Assembly: GCA_016935365.1 (NCBI GenBank)
Contig: JAFGRB010000160.1
Location: 1 to 47,656 of the forward strand
DNA length: 47,656 bases
Reading direction: 5' to 3'
Source of the DNA: Deltaproteobacteria bacterium
GTDB taxonomy: Bacteria; Myxococcota; B64-G9
Shown here piece after piece: positions 17,301 through 27,919 of this stretch. Numbering within the stretch: the stretch's first letter is position 1; every line of letters starts with the position of its first letter. The position numbers and the translations under genes are program-made. The notes beneath the pieces are model-generated. The model was not told the DNA's origin, made no database searches, and saw nothing but the letters and a program-made list of their open reading frames with translations.

Positions 17301-18914
17301 AGATCCGGTGCAGGGTGTCGAAGCCGCTGCCCGTGCGGCCGTGATCCACGGCCCAGTGGCTCTCGTCGCCCCGGACGGCCCAGCAGGCCTCTCCGGTGTC
17401 GGCGGCGCCGGTGTAGAAGGGGAAGTCGGTCATGGCCTGGTTGCCGCGATCGGCGTAGAAGGCATCCGCCCACTCGGGCAATCTGGCGCTGTGCCCGGCC
17501 AGGGGGGCGAAGCGCTTCTGGATGCCCTCGCACGAGCCCGTGCCCGAGGCGAAGTACTCGATGCAGGCCGGCAGGCCGGTCTTGAAGTGCAGCGCGCGCT
17601 CGTGGGCCGAGGTGACGCCGTAGAAACGAAGCTCCTGGCCGGAGCGCAGCACGTGGTTCTCGGGATCTCTCTTGTCGTAGGCCAGATCGTAGAACAGGTC
17701 GTTCTGAGTATGCCGCCACGAGAACGTTCCCTGCTCGTCCTCCCCGAGCTCCGAGGAGACCTTCCAGGGCAGGCGATCCGGGCTGTTGTAGAGCTGAGGG
17801 TTGGTGCCGCCGACGTGCAGGTAGTTCAGCACCAAGGTCCAGCCGCCGCCGTCGGTCTGCATGTCGCACCAGGCCCACAGCGGCTCGTAGCCGTCCTGAT
17901 CGGGATCGATCTGGTACAGGCCGTCCGGCGCCAGGGGCGAGGCGGACAGGATGTGCGCGCAGTGCTCGCCGTAGGCGCAGCGGCCATTGCTGCCGCAGAT
18001 GCCCGTGCTGCAGTCCGTGAAGTCCCCGCAGGACTTGTTGAAGGCGCACGGCGGGCAGGAGCCGCCGCAGTCCACGTCGCTCTCGTCGCCGTTGAGCAGG
18101 TGATCGTCGCAGGTCGGCGCCTCGCAGACGTTGTCCGTGCACCTCAGGCTCAGGCAGTCGCCGTCCAGCACGCAGGGCTCGCCGCCCGGGCAGGGCGGGC
18201 AGGGCCCCGCGCAGTCGACCCCGCGCTCGTCGCCGTTCGCGACCCCGTCGCCGCAGCTCGGCTCCTGGCAGACACCGCCCCGGCACACGCGCTGCTCGCA
18301 GTCCTGGTCGACCTGGCAAGCCGAGGAGGCCGGGCAGGCCGGGCACACGGCCCCGCCGCAGTCCACGTCGGTCTCGAGGCCGTTTGTGACCTCGTCGCTG
18401 CAGCTCGGCTCGGCGCAGTGTCCCGCCTGGCACTTCTGGCTCAGGCAGCCCGCGTCGCTCTCGCACGGGTAGCCGGCCGGGCAGGGCCCGCAGCCGCCGC
18501 CGCAGTCGGGGCCGAGCTCGGGGCCGTTCTTGACCCCGTCGTCGCAGCTCGGCTCCTGGCACTCGTCCAGGCGGCAGACGCCGCTCGCGCAGTTGGCGCC
18601 CACCAGGCAGTGCGCGCCCACCGGGCATCCCGGGCAGGTGCCGCCGCAGTCCAGGTCGGTCTCGTAGCCGTTCTGGATCTCGTCCGAGCACGAGGCCGCG
18701 GCGCACTTGCCGCCGGTGCAGACCTGGCTGCGGCAGTCCGCGCTGGACAGGCAGCCGCCGCCGGCAGCACACGGGTCGCAGGGCCCGCCGCAGTCGAGAT
18801 CGGTTTCCTCGCCGTTGTAGATCCCGTCGCTGCACGTCGCCGGCGCCGAGCCTCCCCCGCATGAGGCCAGGCTCGCGAGCAGGCAGGCCGCAGCCGCGAT
18901 CTTGAGCCGGTTCA

Positions 18915-18915
<1 letters not shown>
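14353..18915 (-). CDS. Giant lipoprotein of 1520 aa with three parts. First come about 7 Cys-rich modules of roughly 45 aa: CxDGxxNGxExDxDCGGxCxxC. Next come four tandem fibrinogen-related domains (FReDs) of about 260 aa each. Last is a C-terminal LamG/concanavalin-like domain.
   Basis: The ATG at 18915 (MNRLKIAAAACLLASLASCGG, a lipobox) overlaps the upstream stop as TGATG. The motifs DG(L/V)YxIDPDGxG....CDMxTDGGGWT(L/M)VLNY occur four times and closely match the ficolin/fibrinogen signature YCDMTTEGGGWTV. The 834-nt N-terminal extension shown in the ORF track overlaps the upstream gene, so I rejected it. Confidence 0.6.
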
Positions 18916-20825
<1,910 letters not shown>

Positions 20826-20926
20826 GAGCACGCTCCTGGCAGTCGGGGATAGCCGATGTCCGAGTATACACGGACAGATCGCCGCACGCCACGACAATCC
20901 CGGCCCGCGTCGATCCCCGCGGAGGT

Positions 20927-22819
20927 CTACCGCCAGAGGTTCCGCGCCTGGAAGCCCCAACAGATCTCGATGCCATCACCGGCGCGGATGCCGCAAGTGT
21001 GTGACACGCCCGCGCTGATGCTCTCGAAGGCGATCCCGGACGGCGGCGTCGACTGGCCCCAAAGGCCTCCTCCCCAGCACTGCGCCTGCCTGTCGGACTC
21101 GCGGATCCCACAGGTGTGATAGCAGCCCGCGCTCAGGCTCTTGAAGACTACACCGGACGGCGACGTCGACTGACCATCCTCATCATATCCCCAGCACTGC
21201 GCCTGCCCATCGCTCGCACGGACCCCGCATGTATGACCAGTGCCCGCACTCAAGCTCTCGAAGACGACACCGGACGGCGGTGTCGACTGGCCCGATCTAT
21301 CGGCCCCCCAGCACTCGACCTGCCCAGAGCTGAGAATCCCGCAGGTGTGAGAATTGCCCGCACTTACACCTAAGAAAGCAATCCCGGATGGAGCTGTAGA
21401 CTGACCGTTGATGTCTTCCCCCCAGCATTGAGCCTGCCTATCGTTCGCGCGGATACCGCAGGTATGAAAATAACCAGCAGCAAGGCTCGACAACACGACC
21501 CCAGACGGCGGTGTCGATTGGCCGTGTCTATCAGTACCCCAGCACTGCGCATGCCCATCGCTCGCACGGATACCGCAGGCATGCTCCTCGCCCACGCTCA
21601 GACTCCTGAAGACGACCCCGGCCGGAGGAGTCTGGGTAAAGTCCATCATTCCCCAGCACTGCGCCTGCCCATCGCTCGCGTGAATCCCGCAGGTGAATCC
21701 CCCGCCTGCACTCAGACTCGAGAAGGCAGCCCCGGATGGCGCCACGGACTCGCCGTTAAAATCAAATCCCCAGCACTGCACCTGTCCATCGCCTGAGCGA
21801 ATTCCGCAGGTGAAATCACCACCCGCGCTCAGGCTTGTGAAGACGACTCCGGCTGGCGGCGTCGACTGACCATAGCTGTCTTCCCCCCAGCACTGCGCCT
21901 GGCCGTCGCTCGCGCGGATCCCGCAAGTGAAATCACCTCCAGCGCTCAGGCCCGTGAAGACGACTCCTTCCGGCGGCGTCGATTCTACAGCCCCCCAGCA
22001 CTCCGCCTGCCCATCGCTTGAACGGATTCCGCAGGTGTAATCACCACCCGCGCTCAGGCTCGTGAAGACGACCCCTTCCGGCGGCGTCGATTCTCCAACC
22101 GCCCAGCACTGCGCCTGCCCATCGCTCGCGCGGATCCCGCAGGTGTGAAACCAACCCGCGCTCAGGCTCACGAAATTGACTCCGGGAGGAGGCGTCGACT
22201 GGCCGTACTGGTCACTTCCCCAGCACTGCGCCTGCCCATCGCTCGCGCGGATACCGCAGGTATGCTCATTGCCCGAGCTCAGGCTCGTAAATTCGACGCC
22301 TGCCGGTGGCGTCGACCGGCCGTGTTCATCACTTCCCCAGCATTGCACTTGCCGATCGCCTGTGCGGATCCCACAGGTATGGTCCTCGCCAATGCCCAGG
22401 CTCGAAAACTCGACTTCTGCCGGAGGTGTCGACTGACCATGAGCATTCCTCCCCCAGCACTGCACCCGTCCATTACTCGCTCGGACCCCGCAGGTGTGAT
22501 ACATACCAGCACTCACCTCGGTGAACGTCGGGATCTCGGGCTCGCACCTCGCGGCGTTCGGGCCAGTACTACTCGAGTACTCCGGGCAGAATGCACAGAT
22601 ACGATCACTCGTGACAGTGGGCTCCACGAGGACGTACTCGTCATCCACGCAGTCCGTCCAGTCGACACATGCAGTCGCGCTGTCGCCGTCGTGGTCATAG
22701 CTGCCGGCCGGGCAAGTCATGTGATCGCTTCCGCCGTTATCAATGCACGCGACGAGCAGTAGAGTGAAGGCGATGGCGCCAGCCCATGAGCTGCGGCTCA
22801 CTGCTCTCTGATTCCGCAT
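20927..22819 (-). CDS. RCC1-repeat (beta-propeller) lipoprotein with an N-terminal TNFR/GCC2_GCC3-like Cys-rich module. It has about 13 repeats of roughly 50 aa, with consensus FxSLSAGxxHTCGIRxSDGQAQCWG.
   Basis: I chose the start at MRNQRAV...LLLVACIDNG (lipobox). The SD is weak and purine-rich, so the start is uncertain. The RCC1-like repeats are obvious in the translation. Confidence 0.7.
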   Translation of the reverse strand: MRNQRAVSRSSWAGAIAFTLLLVACIDNGGSDHMTCPAGSYDHDGDSATACVDWTDCVDDEYVLVEPTVTSDRICAFCPEYSSSTGPNAARCEPEIPTFTEVSAGMYHTCGVRASNGRVQCWGRNAHGQSTPPAEVEFSSLGIGEDHTCGIRTGDRQVQCWGSDEHGRSTPPAGVEFTSLSSGNEHTCGIRASDGQAQCWGSDQYGQSTPPPGVNFVSLSAGWFHTCGIRASDGQAQCWAVGESTPPEGVVFTSLSAGGDYTCGIRSSDGQAECWGAVESTPPEGVVFTGLSAGGDFTCGIRASDGQAQCWGEDSYGQSTPPAGVVFTSLSAGGDFTCGIRSGDGQVQCWGFDFNGESVAPSGAAFSSLSAGGGFTCGIHASDGQAQCWGMMDFTQTPPAGVVFRSLSVGEEHACGIRASDGHAQCWGTDRHGQSTPPSGVVLSSLAAGYFHTCGIRANDRQAQCWGEDINGQSTAPSGIAFLGVSAGNSHTCGILSSGQVECWGADRSGQSTPPSGVVFESLSAGTGHTCGVRASDGQAQCWGYDEDGQSTSPSGVVFKSLSAGCYHTCGIRESDRQAQCWGGGLWGQSTPPSGIAFESISAGVSHTCGIRAGDGIEICWGFQARNLWR

Positions 22820-22832
22820 GTCTTTTCTCTTT

Positions 22833-24845
22833 TCATCGATCAGACGGCTTCCACAGATTCCGGGCCTCTGTTCCCCAGCATACCTCGATGCCATCGGAAG
22901 CACGGATCCCGCAGGTATGGTAGTTGCCCGCGCTCAGGTTCGTAAAGACAACCCCGGCCGGAGGCGTCGACAGGTCGGCGAAATCACTCCCCCAGCAGTG
23001 TGCTTGCCCATCCCTCGCGCGGATCCCGCAGGTGTGCTCCTCGCCTGCGCTCAGGCTCGCAAAGGAGATCCCGTCCGGCGGTGTCGAGCGGCCGCTGCCA
23101 TTGTTCCCCCAACACTGCACCTGCCTATCGCTCTCGCGGATCCCACAGGTGTGGTACTCACCCGAGCTCAGGCTTCCGAAGACGACTCCGGAGGGAGGCG
23201 TCAACCTGCCCCAGCACAGTGCCTGTCCATCGATCGCGCAGATCCCACAGGTATGATACTCGCCCGCGCTCAGGCTCTTTATGATCACTCCGGATGGTGG
23301 CTGCTCTGAAATGGCTCCCCAGCACTGCGCCTGCCCATCGGCCACGCGAACCCCACAGGTAAAATCACCCCCAGCGCTCAGGCTAGCGAAGGCAAGCCCG
23401 GACGGTGGAGTCGACTTACCGAAATCATCGGTTCCCCAGCATTGCGCCTGCCCATCGCTCACTCTGATCCCGCAAGTGTGAGAGCGGCCAGCGCTCAGGC
23501 CTGAAAACACGACACCTGACGGTGGCGTCGACTGTCCTCTGTAGTCACTCCCCCAGCACTGCACCTGCCTGTCGCTCGCGCGGATACCGCAAGTGAAGGC
23601 CTCGCCCCCGCTCAGGCTCAAGAAGACGGCCCCGGATGGTGGCGTCGACCGGCCAAAGCCGTCCGCTCCCCAGCACTGGACGTGTCCATCGCTCGCGCGT
23701 ATTCCGCAGCTATGTCGCTCGCCAGAGCTCAGTCTCAAGAAGATACCCCCGTCCGGTGGCACCGACTGCCCGAGTTCATCATCTCCCCAGCACTGCGCAT
23801 GCCCGTCGCTCGCGCGAACACCGCAGGTGTGATGCCCTCCTGCGCTCAGGCTCTCGAAGATCACCCCGGACGGTGGCGTCGACTGCCCGTATTCGTCATC
23901 CCCCCAGCACTGCGCATGCCCGTCGCTCGCGCGAACGCCGCAGGTGTGATTACATCCTGCTACCAGGCTCTCGAATACGACCCCTGCCGGCGGTGTCGAT
24001 TGTCCGAACCGGTCATTCCCCCAGCACTCCGCCTGCCCATCGCTCGCACGGATCCCACAAGTGTGTACCTCGCCTGCACTCAGGCTCGTAAAATCGACGC
24101 CCTCCGGCGGCGTCGAAATGCCGCCGCCGTTGCTCCCCCAGCACTGCGCTTGCCCGTCGCTTTCGCGGATACCGCAAGCGTGATAGTAACCCACGCTCAG
24201 ACTCGAAAAGGCGATCCCGGATGGCGGTCTGGAGATGTTGTTATTGTCAATTCCCCAGCACTGCACCTGCCGGTCGCTATCACGAAGCCCGCAGGTGATG
24301 TTTTTACCCGCGCTCAGGCTTGAAAAAACGGCACCTGCCGGTGGTGTCGACTGGCCATCTCCATTGTATCCCCAGCATTGAGCCAACCCGTCGCTCGCTC
24401 GGATCCCACAGGTGTGAGAACCGCCCGCGCTCAGCTCGGTGAATGCCAGGATATCAGGTGTGCATTTCGCAGCATTCGGACCTGTGCTATTCGTGGACTC
24501 CGGGCAGGAAGCACAGATGCGGCCTCTCGTGCTCGTGGGCTCTACAAGAACATACTGATCATCCCTGCAGTCGTCCCAGGGGAAACAGTGCGACGCATTG
24601 CTAATGCTGCTGTACGAGCCAGCCTCGCAAACAGCGCATATGCGGTCGCTGGTCGGGCTTCCCTCTGCGGCAACATACTCGCCTGCTTCGCAGTCGGTCC
24701 AGGCTATACATTCTGTCGCGCTGACACCGTCCTGGTCATAGTAGCCCATTGGGCAAGTATCACGGTCGACACACGAGAGGGGCATGAGTGTGAGTACAAA
24801 AGTAGCGACAAATTCGTGGATGGCCATCGCACCCGGCTTCCACAT
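22833..24845 (-). CDS. Second RCC1-repeat lipoprotein, a tandem paralog of 20927-22819. It has about 13 repeats and the same N-terminal Cys-rich module.
   Basis: The start is MWKPGAMAIHEFVATFVLTLMPLSCV, with AGAGGAT about 4 nt upstream of the first ATG. The architecture is the same as the downstream paralog, and a 14-bp gap separates the two genes. Confidence 0.7.
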   Translation of the reverse strand: MWKPGAMAIHEFVATFVLTLMPLSCVDRDTCPMGYYDQDGVSATECIAWTDCEAGEYVAAEGSPTSDRICAVCEAGSYSSISNASHCFPWDDCRDDQYVLVEPTSTRGRICASCPESTNSTGPNAAKCTPDILAFTELSAGGSHTCGIRASDGLAQCWGYNGDGQSTPPAGAVFSSLSAGKNITCGLRDSDRQVQCWGIDNNNISRPPSGIAFSSLSVGYYHACGIRESDGQAQCWGSNGGGISTPPEGVDFTSLSAGEVHTCGIRASDGQAECWGNDRFGQSTPPAGVVFESLVAGCNHTCGVRASDGHAQCWGDDEYGQSTPPSGVIFESLSAGGHHTCGVRASDGHAQCWGDDELGQSVPPDGGIFLRLSSGERHSCGIRASDGHVQCWGADGFGRSTPPSGAVFLSLSGGEAFTCGIRASDRQVQCWGSDYRGQSTPPSGVVFSGLSAGRSHTCGIRVSDGQAQCWGTDDFGKSTPPSGLAFASLSAGGDFTCGVRVADGQAQCWGAISEQPPSGVIIKSLSAGEYHTCGICAIDGQALCWGRLTPPSGVVFGSLSSGEYHTCGIRESDRQVQCWGNNGSGRSTPPDGISFASLSAGEEHTCGIRARDGQAHCWGSDFADLSTPPAGVVFTNLSAGNYHTCGIRASDGIEVCWGTEARNLWKPSDR

Positions 24846-24894
24846 GGAATCCTCTTCTCGATATCGGCCCAGCCCGAGTCGTCTGTCAGATGAT

Positions 24895-24924
24895 AGCGTA
24901 CCGCCGAGCCCGATCGCGGGTCAA
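24895..24924 (-). promoter_or_regulatory. Candidate sigma70-like promoter for the RCC1 gene pair. On the coding strand it reads TTGACC-N18-TACGCT.
   Basis: The reverse complement reads ggcTTGACCcgcgatcgggctcggcggTACGCT, about 55 nt upstream of the ATG at 24845. Confidence 0.25.
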
Positions 24925-25012
24925 GCCGGCCCCGCCGGGGAACCCGCGAAACGCGCTGTTGACGCCGGCCCCGAGCCGTGCTGTCATGTGGACCCGACAG
25001 CCAACCGCTTCG

Positions 25013-25543
25013 ATGGAGGCCCTGGTGGATTCCAGACGACGCTATGAACGTATCGAGATCGAGCTGCCCTGCCGCCTCTACATCCCGGAAGGTAAGAAGG
25101 GGGAGGAGCTCAAGTTCCAGTCCTTCAACACCTCGGCCAACCTGGGCCTGGGGGGTGTCTTCGTCACCAGCACCTTCCTGCTCAAGCCGGGCATCGAGCT
25201 GTGGGTGGAGATCAGCCTGCCGGACGAGGCCTTGCCCATCCGGGGCCGGATCGCCCACGCGATCGGCCTGGACGACCCCAAGTTCCCCTCGGGCATGGGC
25301 ATCGAGTTCCTCGACGTGGACTCGCACGGCCGCGAGACCTTGCTGCGCTACTTCACCCCCGCCCGCTACCAGGAGTTTTACTCCTCCATGCTCAAGGAGT
25401 TCCCGCACCTGGAGCGCTCCTTCGCCCTCCAAGACGCCTCGCTCATCCTGAACCTCTGGGAGGAGTGGAAGGTCCGCCGTGAAGGCGGGCCCATGCTGAC
25501 GGACTCCGGCGCGCCGGAACCGCCGGCCAAGCGCCGGCGCTGA
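25013..25543 (+). CDS. PilZ-domain protein, a putative c-di-GMP receptor.
   Basis: The RRRYERIEIELPCRLYI and NTSANLGLGGVFV motifs match the PilZ RxxxR and D/NxSxxG signatures. The start is uncertain. I chose M42 (MEALVDSRRRYE). The upstream in-frame starts at 24890 and 24986 have no SD. Confidence 0.55.
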   Translation: MEALVDSRRRYERIEIELPCRLYIPEGKKGEELKFQSFNTSANLGLGGVFVTSTFLLKPGIELWVEISLPDEALPIRGRIAHAIGLDDPKFPSGMGIEFLDVDSHGRETLLRYFTPARYQEFYSSMLKEFPHLERSFALQDASLILNLWEEWKVRREGGPMLTDSGAPEPPAKRRR

Positions 25544-25559
25544 GCGCGGGAAGCGCGTC

Positions 25560-27398
25560 ATGCCCGGCACGGAACACGGCTCCGAGCCCGGCCGCGCGCG
25601 GCGATGGCTCGCCGTGGCCGCCGAGCGTTTCGGGTTCTCGACTTTCCCGCTGGCCCTGGGCGCGGTGCTCGGCTTCTACTTCGCCGACCAGGGCATGCGC
25701 TGGCTGCCCACCATGGCCGGCGGCGTGCTCGCCCTGCTCGTGCTCGGCTTCCTCTGCCTGGCGGCCTCCCGGCTGCTCGCCGGCCGCGTGTGGGCCGGCG
25801 AGGCCGCCCGCCGGCGGCTGCGCCTCAGCGTGGTGGTCTTCTTGACCCTGGCCACCGCCGGCGTGGGCGCCCGCCTGCTGGTCTACTGGATGACCGAGCC
25901 CAGCCCGCTCACCGCGCTGCCGCGAGCGGAGATCGATCTCGCCTTCCAGCTCGACAGCGCCCGCTATCGCCAGATGGACGAGCAGCTGGATCGCAGCCTT
26001 TCGTACCTGGAGAGATGGGCCCACCAGATCACGCCCGCCTCGGACGAGCTTCCCAGCGCCGATCAGGAGCGCCTGCTGCTCGACGCCTGGCGCATGATCT
26101 ACGAGTCGGCCTTCGCCCTGGACCTGGTCCGGGTCTACTACGAGGACTGGTTCCGCTTCGATCCGTCCCGGGCCGAGCACCGCTACCACCTGCAGTCGTT
26201 CCTGCTCACCTACGCGGCCGAGCTCTCGCTGTACGAGAAGGCGCTCCGCATCGTCCGCGTGCTGGGCGACAACAAGCACGTGGCCAAGTTCCTCGACTGC
26301 CCGCACCCCGAGCGCGGCCTGCCGGAGCACACCTTCAGCTTCTTCCGCCAGGAGTTCCTGGGCGCGCGGGACCGGAGCCGCGTGCTGGCCGGCGAGCAGT
26401 ACCTGCTGTGGCTGGACAAGGGGCTCGACTCCCGGCAGCGCGCCCTGGGCTACGGCTGCAGCTGGCTCTGGGACCGGATCGAACGCCACCTGGCGGTGAT
26501 CGAGTCGAGCTTCGCCAGGCAGGAGACCCGGCTCGGCCTGGATGCGGATCTCCAGGTCCTCAAGCGGGCCGTGCGGCGGGTGTGGTTCCCGGCCCAGTCC
26601 GCGGTGGCGGAGTGGATGGGCGACCAGCGCGTCCGGCGGATCGGCCACTACCTCGTGAGCCGGGCCCAGCAGGAGGCGCTGGACGCCGATCTCCAGCCGG
26701 GCGACATCCTGCTGGCCCGCAAGAACTGGTACCTGAGCAACGTGGGCCTGCCGGGCTTCTGGCCGCACGCCATCCTCTACATCGGCGCGCCCGAGAAGCT
26801 CGAGGCCTTCTTCGACGACCCCGCCGTCCGCTCCTTCGTCCAGGAGCGAAGCGGCCGTCCCTTGACCCTGGGCGAGTACATCTCCCAGCAGCACCCGATG
26901 CACTGGGCGCACTACCGGGCCGGCCATGGCGGAGATCCGATCCGGGTCATCGAGGCCGTCAGCGAGGGCGTCGTGCTCAACAGCCTGCCCCACGTCACCG
27001 GCGACTACGTCGCGGCGCTCCGGCCGAGGCTCGACAAGCTGGCCAGGGCCCATGCCATCCTGACCGCCTTCGGCTACCTGGGCCGGCCCTACGACTTCGA
27101 CTTCGACTTCGCCACCGATCACTCGCTCGTGTGCACCGAGCTGGTCTGGCGCGCCTACCGGCCCCGGATCGGCAAGGCCGGTCTGAACATGCCGCTGACC
27201 GATCTGATGGGCCGCAAGACCTTGCCGGCCAACGACATCGCCAGGCTGTACGCGGCCGAGCGCGGCCGGCCCGACGCCCAGCTCGACTTCGTCGCCTTCC
27301 TGGACGCCTGCGAGAAGGACGGCCGGGCCTTCGTGTCCGACGAGCAGGCCTTCAGCCAGACGCCCGAGCGCACCAAGTGGGACGTCGCCTTGAAATGA
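25560..27398 (+). CDS. Membrane protein with a C-terminal permuted papain-like (NlpC/P60-superfamily, YiiX-like) hydrolase domain.
   Basis: The N-terminal 110 aa hold 2-3 TM helices. In the C-terminus, His comes before Cys (GDILLARKNWY...HAILYIG then DHSLVCTELVWRAY), which is the permuted catalytic order. Confidence 0.45.
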   Translation: MPGTEHGSEPGRARRWLAVAAERFGFSTFPLALGAVLGFYFADQGMRWLPTMAGGVLALLVLGFLCLAASRLLAGRVWAGEAARRRLRLSVVVFLTLATAGVGARLLVYWMTEPSPLTALPRAEIDLAFQLDSARYRQMDEQLDRSLSYLERWAHQITPASDELPSADQERLLLDAWRMIYESAFALDLVRVYYEDWFRFDPSRAEHRYHLQSFLLTYAAELSLYEKALRIVRVLGDNKHVAKFLDCPHPERGLPEHTFSFFRQEFLGARDRSRVLAGEQYLLWLDKGLDSRQRALGYGCSWLWDRIERHLAVIESSFARQETRLGLDADLQVLKRAVRRVWFPAQSAVAEWMGDQRVRRIGHYLVSRAQQEALDADLQPGDILLARKNWYLSNVGLPGFWPHAILYIGAPEKLEAFFDDPAVRSFVQERSGRPLTLGEYISQQHPMHWAHYRAGHGGDPIRVIEAVSEGVVLNSLPHVTGDYVAALRPRLDKLARAHAILTAFGYLGRPYDFDFDFATDHSLVCTELVWRAYRPRIGKAGLNMPLTDLMGRKTLPANDIARLYAAERGRPDAQLDFVAFLDACEKDGRAFVSDEQAFSQTPERTKWDVALK

Positions 27399-27423
27399 CA
27401 CGCCTCGGCTGGAGGAGGACCGC

Positions 27424-27918
27424 TTGATCCACCCGACCAAGAAAGACGCCTGGCTGCTGTGGGGCATGACGGCCGTGATCCTGTTCTTGCTCGGCAAGGG
27501 CGCGCACCTGATCGCCGCCGAGTGCAGGCTCGGGCCGGGCCTGCTGCTCATCGGCATCGGCGTGTTCACGGCCGGGGTCTTCTACTCCTTCGCCACCTAC
27601 GAGATCACCGCCCGCGAGCTGGTGACCCGCAGCCAGCTCTACGGCATCCGCTTCGGATCCCTGCCGCTCGAGTCGATCGACAGGGTCTATCCGACCCGCA
27701 ACCCGCTCAGCGCCCCGGCCTGGTCCCTGGACCGGCTGCAGATCGACTACCGCACCCCCGAGGGCAAGGAGCGCTTCGGGCTCGTCTCGCCCAGGGATCG
27801 GGACGCCTTCCTGCGCGAGCTGGCGGCTGCCGCGCCCCACCTCGAGCTGCGGGGCAACACGCTCCAGCGCCGGGAAGCCACGTCCGCCGGCGAGGCGCCA
27901 GGCCCCGGAGATCGCTGA
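27424..27918 (+). CDS. Bacterial PH-domain (bPH_2 / YdbT-like) membrane protein.
   Basis: It uses a TTG start with GGAGGAGGA 6 nt upstream. Two TM helices are followed by about 90 aa of beta-rich domain (ELVTRSQLYGIRFGSLPLESIDRVY). Confidence 0.4.
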   Translation: MIHPTKKDAWLLWGMTAVILFLLGKGAHLIAAECRLGPGLLLIGIGVFTAGVFYSFATYEITARELVTRSQLYGIRFGSLPLESIDRVYPTRNPLSAPAWSLDRLQIDYRTPEGKERFGLVSPRDRDAFLRELAAAAPHLELRGNTLQRREATSAGEAPGPGDR

Positions 27919-27919
27919 C

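Noticed and set aside
20927-24845. Regularly spaced repeats of about 150 bp considered as a possible CRISPR array.
   Set aside because: The repeats are codon-phased RCC1 blades inside two long ORFs. There are no short direct repeats with unique spacers.
24959-24987. TTGACG-N17-TGTCAT as a promoter for the PilZ gene, and TTGACG-N17-TAACAG at 36884-36912 for the small lipoprotein.
   Set aside because: The -10 hexamers deviate from the TAnnnT pattern, so confidence is too low to call them features. They are mentioned only as possibilities.
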